DNA of 64,000 bases from a virus (taxonomy: Duplodnaviria; Heunggongvirae; Uroviricota; Caudoviricetes): positions 92,944 through 156,943 of the IMG/VR virus record IMGVR_UViG_3300028042_000001; one strand, given 5' to 3'. A program made the position numbers and the translations under genes. Positions 47,494 through 56,923 of this stretch are shown here, in pieces (the first letter of the stretch is position 1; each line of letters opens with the position of its first letter). Below the pieces are notes generated by a model. That model saw only the letters and a program-made list of their open reading frames with translations. It had not been told where the DNA came from and ran no database searches.

Positions 47494-47759
47494 TGCCATC
47501 ATATGAATTTTGTTGTGATAAATGTAAATATAATTTTTCTGTTGTAAATAAAATTATAAACAGAGATATTCCTTTATCAGAACCATGTCCTGCTTGTGGT
47601 ATAGATGAAAATATGATATATAGGGTTTTTTCGCATTCTGGTACTATTGGTATTGATACTCTTAAAGCTGATAGACGTATGGAACAATCAGGAGTTCAAC
47701 AAGCTCTTGAACGTATAAGGGATAGTCATAAAGACGCTGATATGAAATGGAAGGGGTAA
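47460..47759 (+). CDS. FmdB-family zinc-ribbon protein
   Basis: MPSYEFCCDKCKYNF..SEPCPACG. Confidence 0.55.
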   Translation: MVEEKSIRGIIMPSYEFCCDKCKYNFSVVNKIINRDIPLSEPCPACGIDENMIYRVFSHSGTIGIDTLKADRRMEQSGVQQALERIRDSHKDADMKWKG

Positions 47760-48161
47760 TATATTATATATTATGAATAAACCTATTGACAAACATAAAA
47801 AAATATGTTATTGTGGTGAATGTCTTCATTGTAGAGATGATTATGGAATTGTATTTTGTGATCATTTCTATGTTTGTATTGAAAAAGATGAAGATAATAA
47901 TTATATAAAATGTAAACAATGTATTAATAAAGGAGTTTTTTGACATGGGTAAAATTATTCTTATTGGTATTATTATTTTTTTTGTAATCATGACATATAA
48001 AGAATATAGAAAGTATAATAAATTTATGACAGCGGAGGATAAAAGAAGAAAAAGTAAAATAAATTTAGAAACTAAGATAATTGAAGTGGAGACAGTTATT
48101 TCTGATAAATGTATCAAAGAAATGTCTTCAAAAATTAATGATTTAAAAGGAGAATAATATA

Positions 48162-49505
48162 ATGATTGTTAGAAAAATTGCTGGTATGTTGAGAGTTGGT
48201 GGTATGATGAGAGTTGCTATTCCTGTAATGTTGCTTGTAGCTACTTTAATGATAGCTCCTATGATGGTTGGTGTTAATGATGCAGGACAGCGAACAGTGG
48301 TTCAATATCTTAATGGTACTATGACTGTTAAATTTGATGCTGGTTGGTATCCTAAATTGGCAGGAAAAACAATCGAATATAATGATTTTATCACATTCGA
48401 TTTTGATAGATCTAAAGCTGAAGGTGGTGTAGCCACACTAGATCAGGCAGGTATTTCAGTAAGATATCAGGATGGTGGTATGGGAACTGTTTTTGGTAAG
48501 GCTCGGTTTGCTCTTCCTAATGATGAACAAACTATGCTAGAACTTAATAAAGCATTTAGATCGCATTCTGGTCTTGCTAACAAACTCATTAAACCAGTTA
48601 CAGAAGAGGCTATGAACCTTACTGCTGGTTTAATGCGGTCTGAAGAAGCTTATGCTACAAAACGTGCTATTTTCACACAATTAGCAAAGTCTCAAGTAAA
48701 TAAAGGTAAATTCGAAACAAAACTTGAAACAACTTCTATAAAGGATGAAGCTACTGGAAAAACTGTATGGAAAGAAGTTCCTATTATTGCTCTTGATAAG
48801 AATAAAATGCCTATTCATATTTCTTCAGATCTTGTTGATTTTGGTCTTAGTCTTGCAAGTTTTCAACTAAATGATCCGGGATTCGAGAAATCAACAATGA
48901 AGCAAATCTCAGACAAGCGTGATGCTACTATGGCTATCATTACTGCTAAAGCTAATGCTGAACGAGCAAAGCAAGAGGCTATTACTGCTGAAGAAAAAGG
49001 TAAAGCTAATGTAATGACTGCTAAATATGAGCAAGAAGTAGAAAAAGAAAAAGCTGTTGTTGTTGCTGAAAGAGAAAGAAAAGTAGCTGTTATTGCGGCA
49101 AATCGTAAAGTTGAGGTTGCGGAACAAGCTAAACTCGAAGCTCTTGTTGTTGCAGAACGTAAAGTTGCTGTTGCAGAACAAGCTAAACTCGAAGCTGAAC
49201 AGAAGAAACTTATGGCTAAAGAGTATAAACAAGAACAAATACTTCGTGGTGAAGGTGATGGTGCTTATAAACGTCTTGTGATGCAAGCTGATGGTGCTCT
49301 TGAACAAAAGCTTGATGCTTATATTCAAGTACAGAACGCATATGCTAAAGAATTTGGTAAGCAAAAATGGGTTCCTGAAATTCAAATGGGTTCATCTGGT
49401 TCTGAAGGTGGAAATGAAGCGGCTAATTTGATTAATCTCCTTTCTGCTAAAGCTCTTACTGATCTTGGACTTGATCTTAAAGTGCCTAATATGGTAAAAC
49501 AATAA
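48162..49505 (+). CDS. SPFH/band-7 flotillin-like protein with EA-rich coiled coil
   Basis: N-terminal TM VAIPVMLLVATLMIAPMMVG; C-terminal AEQAKLEA / AERKVAV repeats typical of flotillin EA repeats; internal ~54-nt direct repeat at 49106-49200. Confidence 0.5.
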   Translation: MIVRKIAGMLRVGGMMRVAIPVMLLVATLMIAPMMVGVNDAGQRTVVQYLNGTMTVKFDAGWYPKLAGKTIEYNDFITFDFDRSKAEGGVATLDQAGISVRYQDGGMGTVFGKARFALPNDEQTMLELNKAFRSHSGLANKLIKPVTEEAMNLTAGLMRSEEAYATKRAIFTQLAKSQVNKGKFETKLETTSIKDEATGKTVWKEVPIIALDKNKMPIHISSDLVDFGLSLASFQLNDPGFEKSTMKQISDKRDATMAIITAKANAERAKQEAITAEEKGKANVMTAKYEQEVEKEKAVVVAERERKVAVIAANRKVEVAEQAKLEALVVAERKVAVAEQAKLEAEQKKLMAKEYKQEQILRGEGDGAYKRLVMQADGALEQKLDAYIQVQNAYAKEFGKQKWVPEIQMGSSGSEGGNEAANLINLLSAKALTDLGLDLKVPNMVKQ

Positions 49506-49536
49506 TATATAGTTAATTAGTAAATATGAGTATTTA

Positions 49537-49570
49537 AAAGGCAATCATTGTATAAGTGATTGCCTTTTTT
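49537..49570 (+). terminator. rho-independent terminator
   Basis: AAAGGCAATCA..TGATTGCCTTT hairpin plus TTTTT. Confidence 0.65.
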
Positions 49571-49593
49571 GTAGTATAACTAAAGGTGATATT

Positions 49594-49965
49594 ATGGCTG
49601 ATTTATGTAAGCAGTGTTCTATTGAGTGGTTTGGAGAAGATTGTGAAGATTTTGTATATGAAAGAAGCCTTAAACTTCCTGTGGGTATGGGATGGGGAGT
49701 TTTTTGTGAAAGTTGTGGTGTTATTTGTGTGAATGATCTTGGAGAATGTATAAGTAAAGATTGCCCTATCCATGGTGGTCTTTTACCAAATATATCAAAA
49801 GATGTCATAAGAGCTATACAGAAAGGAGATTTTGAAGATAATGAAACAATAGATACTGCTTGTGCAAAAAGATTATTGAATATATGTAAAGATTATGGTG
49901 GTGATGGAGTAGAGGCAACCAATTTTATTAAATTAGCATGTAGAAAAATAGGAGTTTATATATGA
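49594..49965 (+). CDS. hypothetical Cys-rich protein (123 aa)
   Basis: ORF with AAAGG RBS. Confidence 0.4.
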   Translation: MADLCKQCSIEWFGEDCEDFVYERSLKLPVGMGWGVFCESCGVICVNDLGECISKDCPIHGGLLPNISKDVIRAIQKGDFEDNETIDTACAKRLLNICKDYGGDGVEATNFIKLACRKIGVYI

Positions 49966-50010
49966 CTTTAAAAAAAAACTGATATAAAATCTAATACAAA
50001 AATTAGTGTA

Positions 50011-50298
50011 ATGAAAGCCCCTTGGTCATTTGGAGTTGATATCCTTATTACTCAAGGAAAATATGTTGTTACCGATGTTATTTTTAAAGAACGCAAAGAA
50101 GGTGATTATATAAATCCTTCATTCAATCTAGATTCTAATAATACTCAACAACTCATGGATCAATTATGGGTAGCTGGTTTCCGACCATCAGAAGGTAGTG
50201 GATCTGCTGGTGCGTTAAAAGCAACAGAGAATCATTTACAGGATATGAGGAATATTATTTTCAGTAGTATTGATTTTGTAAAGAAGGAAAAAAAATGA
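50011..50298 (+). CDS. hypothetical protein (95 aa)
   Basis: ORF. Confidence 0.4.
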   Translation: MKAPWSFGVDILITQGKYVVTDVIFKERKEGDYINPSFNLDSNNTQQLMDQLWVAGFRPSEGSGSAGALKATENHLQDMRNIIFSSIDFVKKEKK

Positions 50299-50454
50299 AA
50301 TCATTACATATTATATGCGCTAAGTGTGGGTCAGAAGAAATAGAAACATTAATAAGGACACCAAATACAGAAACGTGTGGAGTATGTTTTGTGTGTAGGG
50401 ATTGCTCTACTATGACATGGCCTGAAGAATTACAAGAATATTATAAGGAAAGAT

Positions 50455-50664
50455 ATGAAAAGAATAGATAATATAATGCAGTATTTTAAATATGATCATC
50501 TCCCTAAAGAATTACAGGAGGTTTCAAAACCCTGTGGTGATTTAGCAAAAGAAATTGATGAATATATGAATATCCATATATTTAGTGTTAATGAAGATGA
50601 ATGGTATGAGGGAATGCGAAAACTTCTTGAAGCAAAGGATTGTTTTGTCCGGGCAAAGGTATAA
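50455..50664 (+). CDS. hypothetical protein (69 aa)
   Basis: ORF. Confidence 0.35.
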   Translation: MKRIDNIMQYFKYDHLPKELQEVSKPCGDLAKEIDEYMNIHIFSVNEDEWYEGMRKLLEAKDCFVRAKV

Positions 50665-50870
50665 TTATGCCTTTATATGAATATAAATGTGATAATTGTG
50701 AATCTATATTTGAAAAAATTCAATCAATTTCTAATCGTAATATTCCTTTATCACAACCATGTCCAGAATGTAAAGAAATTGGATATATTATAAGTTTAAT
50801 GTCATCTGCTAATTTTAAAATTAATGGATATTCTGAAGCAAATGGGTATTCAAAACAAGGAAAAAAATAA
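50640..50870 (+). CDS. FmdB-family zinc-ribbon protein (paralog of 47460)
   Basis: MPLYEYKCDNCESIF..SQPCPECK. Confidence 0.5.
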   Translation: MFCPGKGIIMPLYEYKCDNCESIFEKIQSISNRNIPLSQPCPECKEIGYIISLMSSANFKINGYSEANGYSKQGKK

Positions 50871-51142
50871 TGTTTATTAATATAGAAATTGTTGTTGTTA
50901 TTATTATATTTATTATTATATTTATCATACATATGGGTAATAATATTAATATGCTTGTAGATATAGTTGAAAAACAAACAAAATCATTAACATTACTTAA
51001 TGATAGATTAAATAATCATAAACAACATATAAATTATATAGTAGAAAGTACTAAACCTATCATTAAATATATTTATATGTATGGTACAGATAAAGATATA
51101 AAAGATCTTAAACAAGCGTTGCAACGATGGGGTGATGAATAA
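50870..51142 (+). CDS. hypothetical membrane-anchored protein
   Basis: N-terminal hydrophobic INIEIVVVIIIFIIIFIIH. Confidence 0.35.
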   Translation: MFINIEIVVVIIIFIIIFIIHMGNNINMLVDIVEKQTKSLTLLNDRLNNHKQHINYIVESTKPIIKYIYMYGTDKDIKDLKQALQRWGDE

Positions 51143-51818
51143 TATGATGCACAAATTTAAACAGCATATTTATGATGATGTGGGGAGAATTTATGAATTT
51201 GATAATGGTAGTCGGTATTATAGTGTAACTACTGCATTGGGTGCTACAGGAGATAAAAGCTTCCTTGATGCATGGAAGAAACGATTAGGCAAGCAACGAG
51301 CAGAGGCAGAACTAAAATATGCCGGGGATATTGGTACTCAAATGCATGAATCTCTTGAATATTATCTTATATATAAAGAAGAGCCTGAAAATTATCCAAA
51401 TTCTGTTGTTAAAAATCTTTCTAAACAAATCATTCCATATCTTGATCGTAATGTTTCTGATGTTTTTGCTACAGAAAAGGTATTATATTCTAATAATCTT
51501 AAATTAGCTGGTACTGCTGATGGAATTGTTCATTATCGACTAAAATCAGGTATTTTTCCTGTTATTCTTGATTTTAAAACATCTAAAAAATTAAAACAAA
51601 TTAAATGGATGCATGATTATTTTCTTCAGTTGGCTATATATGCTATTATGATGGAAGAATTATATGGTCAGCCTATAAATTCTGGTGTATTATTATTTGC
51701 ATACAAACAAGTACGGAATATAAATAAAGAATTTATCGTTAATTTAACAAAGTATAAACAAATTGCTATAAAAAGAATAGAAATGTTTCATAAAATGATT
51801 GACATATCTGTTAAATAG
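51132..51818 (+). CDS. PD-(D/E)XK nuclease (RecB/Cas4/lambda-exo-like fold)
   Basis: motifs MHESLE, AGTADGIVHY, ILDFKTSKK (DxK), QLAIYAIM (QxxxY). Confidence 0.6.
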   Translation: MMNNMMHKFKQHIYDDVGRIYEFDNGSRYYSVTTALGATGDKSFLDAWKKRLGKQRAEAELKYAGDIGTQMHESLEYYLIYKEEPENYPNSVVKNLSKQIIPYLDRNVSDVFATEKVLYSNNLKLAGTADGIVHYRLKSGIFPVILDFKTSKKLKQIKWMHDYFLQLAIYAIMMEELYGQPINSGVLLFAYKQVRNINKEFIVNLTKYKQIAIKRIEMFHKMIDISVK

Positions 51819-51826
51819 TGTATAAT
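51799..51826 (+). promoter_or_regulatory. sigma70-like promoter TTGACA-16-TATAAT with conserved leader, copy 2 of 3
   Basis: followed by CATACTGATTGAGACATACATTTTATTATGGAGAACATTATGAC, homologous to the leaders at 5069 and 53730. Confidence 0.5.
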
Positions 51827-51870
51827 GATTACATACTGATTGAGACATACATTTTATTATGGAGAACATT

Positions 51871-52443
51871 ATGACTGATGAGCAGAAGATTAAGAGACTT
51901 GAAGAAATTCAAAAAACAATATTTGATCTAGCAGAAAAAGCAGAGAATGTTATAATTTCTTATGGATCTGCTAATGATGTTCGATCTGCTCTTCTTCAGA
52001 TCAGGAAAGAAAGTTTGAATTTATTTGAAGTTGTTTCTGATATTGAGATTGAATTTAATAATTCTAAAGAAGATCCTTCCAATGATGGTATAGTTCCTTT
52101 TGAAGAAGATGAATTAACGCCTCTAATTAAAGATCATACTTGTAGTAAAGATGATGATCGTGTTATTATATTTTTTACTGGTGCTAAGAAAATTAATAAA
52201 AAACATAATGAGAAGTTTTTCCCTAATGTTCCTCTTGATAAATTTCGTATGACTCAAGGAAAACGATATATTAAAGTAATTCGTGGTGGAAGTGTTCATT
52301 GTTTTATTGACCGCATCAATGGTGATGTATTAAAAGCGGCTTCGTGGAATGCTCCTGCAAAACATGCCCGTGGTAATATATGGGATGATGATAATGGTCT
52401 TAATTGTATGTCTGAATATGGTGCGGCTTACCTTAGAGGATGA
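51871..52443 (+). CDS. hypothetical protein
   Basis: ORF; start taken at the second ATG after GGAGA (alternative in-frame start at 51859). Confidence 0.45.
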   Translation: MTDEQKIKRLEEIQKTIFDLAEKAENVIISYGSANDVRSALLQIRKESLNLFEVVSDIEIEFNNSKEDPSNDGIVPFEEDELTPLIKDHTCSKDDDRVIIFFTGAKKINKKHNEKFFPNVPLDKFRMTQGKRYIKVIRGGSVHCFIDRINGDVLKAASWNAPAKHARGNIWDDDNGLNCMSEYGAAYLRG

Positions 52444-52955
52444 TATGACTATTATTATTAGTATAGGTGCGCCTAATCCTGTAATATATGATGTTTTTAA
52501 AGATGATGATCGTGTTATTATTGTTGATGATAACACGATTAAAGGAGAAGATATTGATATGATGAATGCAAGGATACATAAATTTGAATTGATTGATTAT
52601 GATTATGATTATTTTGAGAAATATACTGAATATGATTGGAACCAATTATCAAATGATGTAAATTCTATTAATATTTTATTAATTATATCAAAGATGTTTA
52701 TTTGTAAAATTTTTGTAACTTATTTTATTAGTTATTGGTGTTGTAATAAAATGATGTTTAGTGTTAGTGGGTATTTACCTAAAAAAATAAGGGAAAATAA
52801 AAAATGAAAAATGCACAACTTGTAATGGTGATTTTGTTGATAATTGAATTTTTTGCACATAATAATAGATTAAATAAATTTAATAGTAAAGGATCATCAG
52901 GAATAAATTTATTATCTTCTATTATAAGGATGTCTGTTATTATCGGTGTTCTTTA

Positions 52956-53234
52956 TTGGGGAAATTTCTGGATATGAAACATTTTAATTATGAATCAATA
53001 TGTAAAGAATTATTAAATCTTCTTATAATAAAAATAAGCGAGTCTTGTGATGATTGTGAATATCTTAATTATTCTACATCAGCTATAAGCTCTTATTGTG
53101 AAAGTTCATTAAGTCCTATGAATAATGGATTTATGGATGGAGAATATGGGTGTAAATATCATTCACAAATTATTAAATTAAAAAAAACATATTCAATTAT
53201 ATTGGATGAAACAAAACAGGAGAATAAATTATGA
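52956..53234 (+). CDS. hypothetical Cys-rich protein
   Basis: ORF. Confidence 0.35.
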   Translation: MGKFLDMKHFNYESICKELLNLLIIKISESCDDCEYLNYSTSAISSYCESSLSPMNNGFMDGEYGCKYHSQIIKLKKTYSIILDETKQENKL

Positions 53235-53318
53235 TCGATGATATAATTATGTATTGTGATGAATGTGGATGGGTTACTATTGATGCAGAAGATGTTCATA
53301 TTACCATGAATTTAAAAA

Positions 53319-53681
53319 ATGATAACGTTGAATATAATGATACATGTTCTAATGATGATTGTGATTGTAGATTATTTAATTCAAGGAGAGCACATGTATA
53401 ATGTTAATGAGGAAAATTATGATGATGGTGTTGATTTTGCAGATGGTGATTGGTCTGATGGATGGCATGAACGTTGCGGTAACACATTATTTAAAGAAAA
53501 ATCTATATACGCTTTAACATTTATGGAATTTAGAGATAAAGAATTTATTTGTATATTTAAAGATGGTGATTTTTCTCCATTAGCATCTATTCATGGTAAT
53601 TATGATGTTGTTTATCCTCCTCTTTTGCCCCTTTGTAATCAATTAAGGATAACATCAGTAAAGAAATATTCATGTGCATAA
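53319..53681 (+). CDS. hypothetical protein
   Basis: ORF; true start probably at the internal ATG near 53394 after GGAGAG. Confidence 0.35.
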   Translation: MITLNIMIHVLMMIVIVDYLIQGEHMYNVNEENYDDGVDFADGDWSDGWHERCGNTLFKEKSIYALTFMEFRDKEFICIFKDGDFSPLASIHGNYDVVYPPLLPLCNQLRITSVKKYSCA

Positions 53682-53701
53682 TTAATTAATAAATAATGTG
53701 C

Positions 53702-53729
53702 TTGACTTTTATGATAAGTAGTGTATAAT
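53702..53729 (+). promoter_or_regulatory. sigma70-like promoter TTGACT-16-TATAAT with conserved leader, copy 3 of 3
   Basis: followed by CATACTTGAGACAAACATTACTTATTATGGAGACTACATCATGA; here the first ATG opens a 5-codon mini-ORF overlapping the main start. Confidence 0.5.
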
Positions 53730-53774
53730 ATATCCATACTTGAGACAAACATTACTTATTATGGAGACTACATC

Positions 53775-55004
53775 ATGATCAATTCAGTTATTACTTCTTA
53801 TTACCTCGAATCATTTAAAACTGATCTTAAAATTGCATGTAAAAAGATGAAAGTTGATTATGATGTGGTTGTTGGAGAAAAACGTGTAATTGCTTCTATT
53901 CCTTATAATCAAGCAGATACTTCATCATTTTCTTCTTTTTATGATGTTTGGGGATATGATGTAGTTATCAATATTCATGATATTGATAAAATGACTGATA
54001 CTGGTTATGAATATCTTGGCTGTATTAAAGATGATGGATTATTGTCTGTTCATCCTAATGATAATGCTGATTTTGATATATCTTCTATGGATCAAATTAA
54101 AACCTTTCCTTGTGATCGTTGTGGTCGCAATCATTCTCGTAATATAATTCATGTTTTTCGTAAAGATGGTAAAGTTACCGTTTATGGATCTACATGTGCA
54201 AAAACTAAATTTGGTATTGATGTTAATGTTTTGATTGCTAAATTTAGTAAAATTAAAGAGCAATTTGGGTTTGCTGATTATGATGATATGGATACTTATG
54301 GTGGATTTGGTAAAGGATGGAAATTCATTAATGCAGATATCTTTATTCCTATGTCATATTATGAGATTGTAGAACATGGTTATGTATCTGCATCTAAAGT
54401 ATATGATGATGGATGTGGTATATCTACTGCTGAAACTGTTGAAAGTGATTATTTTCAAATGATTGATGGTAATAATACTATCAGAAAGGAATTTGATTGG
54501 AATACAAATAATATCGAATTTGATTTTGACGATTTTATGGTATGGGCGAAAGGATTTATCAATGATATGGATTCTAATGATTTTAAGTTCAATATGGAAG
54601 GTGCATTTACCTCTATAGAAGAAGGATATGTTCATCCTCGTACTAAAGGGTTTGTATCATATCTTGCATTTAAATTTTGGTATGACAATAAAAAAGTATG
54701 TATTCCTATAGATACTTTTAATGAAGATTATTCTGATATGCCTATTGGTTTTAAATTTAAGAATCTCACAGTAGAAATTATTAATGAATATACTTTTGAA
54801 GGAAATTATGGAACAACTCATATTTACACTATGAAAGGTGTTGATGATGGTGTAAAATATAAATGGTTTGCATCAAAAGAATTAGATACTAATTATATTC
54901 ATATACTAACATCAGGCACTGTTAAGGATCATGAAAATGATGTTCGTTATGGTAAATCATGTGTTATTACTCGATGCAGAGCAAAAGCTATAGTAGAGGA
55001 CTGA
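53775..55004 (+). CDS. hypothetical protein (410 aa) with CxxC..C Zn-binding patch
   Basis: ORF; CDRCGRNHSRN..CAKT; start set at the ATG after GGAGA. Confidence 0.45.
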   Translation: MINSVITSYYLESFKTDLKIACKKMKVDYDVVVGEKRVIASIPYNQADTSSFSSFYDVWGYDVVINIHDIDKMTDTGYEYLGCIKDDGLLSVHPNDNADFDISSMDQIKTFPCDRCGRNHSRNIIHVFRKDGKVTVYGSTCAKTKFGIDVNVLIAKFSKIKEQFGFADYDDMDTYGGFGKGWKFINADIFIPMSYYEIVEHGYVSASKVYDDGCGISTAETVESDYFQMIDGNNTIRKEFDWNTNNIEFDFDDFMVWAKGFINDMDSNDFKFNMEGAFTSIEEGYVHPRTKGFVSYLAFKFWYDNKKVCIPIDTFNEDYSDMPIGFKFKNLTVEIINEYTFEGNYGTTHIYTMKGVDDGVKYKWFASKELDTNYIHILTSGTVKDHENDVRYGKSCVITRCRAKAIVED

Positions 55005-55005
55005 T

Positions 55006-55263
55006 ATGGCAGATATAAAAATAACATCTCCTGATAAAAAGCAAATAATGGTTAGAAAAGTGCATGATATACAGGAAGAATTGTATGAAATGCTACCTCC
55101 TGATACAAATGTTATCAGAGAGACTATACATGATAGAAAATGGGAAGATGCAGAAAGTCTTATATCCGATTATATGAACACTTTACACTGGAAGATTCAA
55201 TCACTTAAAGAATCTAGAAAGATGATAAAACGTATTATAAGTCAAAATAAAGGATTATTATAA
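55006..55263 (+). CDS. hypothetical protein
   Basis: ORF. Confidence 0.35.
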   Translation: MADIKITSPDKKQIMVRKVHDIQEELYEMLPPDTNVIRETIHDRKWEDAESLISDYMNTLHWKIQSLKESRKMIKRIISQNKGLL

Positions 55264-55586
55264 TGTATTATTTTGATAATAAAAGACAAACTGGCCGCAC
55301 CACAAGAATGATTGATGACGCATTAGAATCATTTATGGATGGGTGGGATATTATTATAACAGCATTTACATTAAGTTATTCTCTTGATATTCAAAATTTG
55401 ATGTGTTATAAAATGGAAGCATATGGTATTAAATTTAATGCGTCAAAATATATTATTAATGTTTGTGGTCGTGAAATGATATTTACTAGACATATTGAAA
55501 ATATCAATTATGTCCGGGAATGTCATTATATAAAACATAATAAAACTTATTTATTATTCGAGGATCATTATAATGGTAAAATGTAA
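55263..55586 (+). CDS. hypothetical protein
   Basis: ORF. Confidence 0.35.
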   Translation: MYYFDNKRQTGRTTRMIDDALESFMDGWDIIITAFTLSYSLDIQNLMCYKMEAYGIKFNASKYIINVCGREMIFTRHIENINYVRECHYIKHNKTYLLFEDHYNGKM

Positions 55587-55830
55587 TTATAGTCGTGGAT
55601 GGGCAGGTAATTGTACTAATAGTAGAAATAATACATCACCATATTGTGATGCACATGATGGCGTTCCTTGTGTGTCCTGTGGAGAACAAGCAACACACGA
55701 ATGTTCAGAAGAAACAAAACAATTTTTGAGAGATGATTTGATTCAATATGTTATGAAAGAAGGTAGAGGCCATTTTAATGCTAAAAATGTTAAAGAAATT
55801 ATTGATTGTATATTCGAGAATAATAAATGA
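55573..55830 (+). CDS. hypothetical Cys-rich protein
   Basis: ORF. Confidence 0.35.
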   Translation: MVKCNYSRGWAGNCTNSRNNTSPYCDAHDGVPCVSCGEQATHECSEETKQFLRDDLIQYVMKEGRGHFNAKNVKEIIDCIFENNK

Positions 55831-56075
55831 TACTTAAAACAAAATATAGTATTGATGATAATGTTATATTTCAAACACAATCATCAGGAAAACCCTTGAC
55901 AGGATGGATACATCATGTTAAGATGCAGGTGTTCAAAGTAGAAACTAAAGGTAATGTAAGAATGTGTAATCATACTATCATTATATATTATCAAATAAAA
56001 GATACATTAGGAAGAATTTGGATTGCTCTTGAAGAAGATATTAAAGGGTTAAGAAGAGATTTAATAAAATTATAA
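55827..56075 (+). CDS. hypothetical protein
   Basis: ORF. Confidence 0.35.
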   Translation: MILKTKYSIDDNVIFQTQSSGKPLTGWIHHVKMQVFKVETKGNVRMCNHTIIIYYQIKDTLGRIWIALEEDIKGLRRDLIKL

Positions 56076-56090
56076 CAGAGGAAATTTATT

Positions 56091-56444
56091 ATGAGTGTAA
56101 TGAAACCAACAGCAGGAGAAGTATCATCTCTTAAAGGTACTGAAATTATTTATGTGTTTGATGAATCTAATGGAGATATACTTAACGGAAAGGTGTGTAA
56201 AGCTTATGTAGCTCAATCTGATGTTGATAAAGGTATCACTATTATGGGCCATCTTCCTGATGATGGTGATGATGTGCCTGATTGTGTAATTCAATGTTGT
56301 AATTCTCATGGAAACCCTGATAGTGAGGATTATATAGAAATTCTTAATAAATACATCACATTAATAAAATCAGGAGTTTTTGAAGATAATACTGCTAGTG
56401 GTGGTGATGTATATTATATGAATGAATCTTGTGCTTTTAGTTAA
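56091..56444 (+). CDS. hypothetical protein
   Basis: ORF with GAGGAAA RBS. Confidence 0.4.
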   Translation: MSVMKPTAGEVSSLKGTEIIYVFDESNGDILNGKVCKAYVAQSDVDKGITIMGHLPDDGDDVPDCVIQCCNSHGNPDSEDYIEILNKYITLIKSGVFEDNTASGGDVYYMNESCAFS

Positions 56445-56476
56445 AAAAAAAATAATAACCTAAAAAAGGTAATATC

Positions 56477-56923
56477 ATGATTAAATTAAATAAACTCGAC
56501 AAACCTAATACCATCTACGCAGAAGTTATTGAAGATGGTGCTTTGACTCAATTTATAACTGCTATGGAACAACATTTTACTGTTCGTGGTGCGCTTATGC
56601 CTGATGCTCATTTAGGATATACTTTGCCTATTGGTGCTGTTATCGAAACTGAGGGTGTTGTATATCCTTCTTATGTTGGTTTTGATATTGGGTGTGGTGT
56701 GTGTGCTCTTCCTTTATCATGTAGAACTGGTGATATCAAACATAAAGCTCATCGAATTTATGAAATGATTAAACGTAATGTTCCTGTGGGATTTAATAAA
56801 CATAAAAACTCTGTTAAAGAGTCGTATAATTTTTTAGTAAATAAAGATAATTGTACTAAAACTATGCATGAAATTTATCATAATAAAAATGGTGATCTTC
56901 AGCTTGGTACTCTTGGGGGTGGT
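56477..56923 (+). CDS. rtcB: RtcB RNA ligase, exon 1
   Basis: RGALMPDAHLGYTLPIGAV, GFDIGCGV, ..LGTLGGG at exon end (conserved GTLGGGNHFIE is completed by exon 2); the ORF continues into the intron for 10 codons before a stop. Confidence 0.8.
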
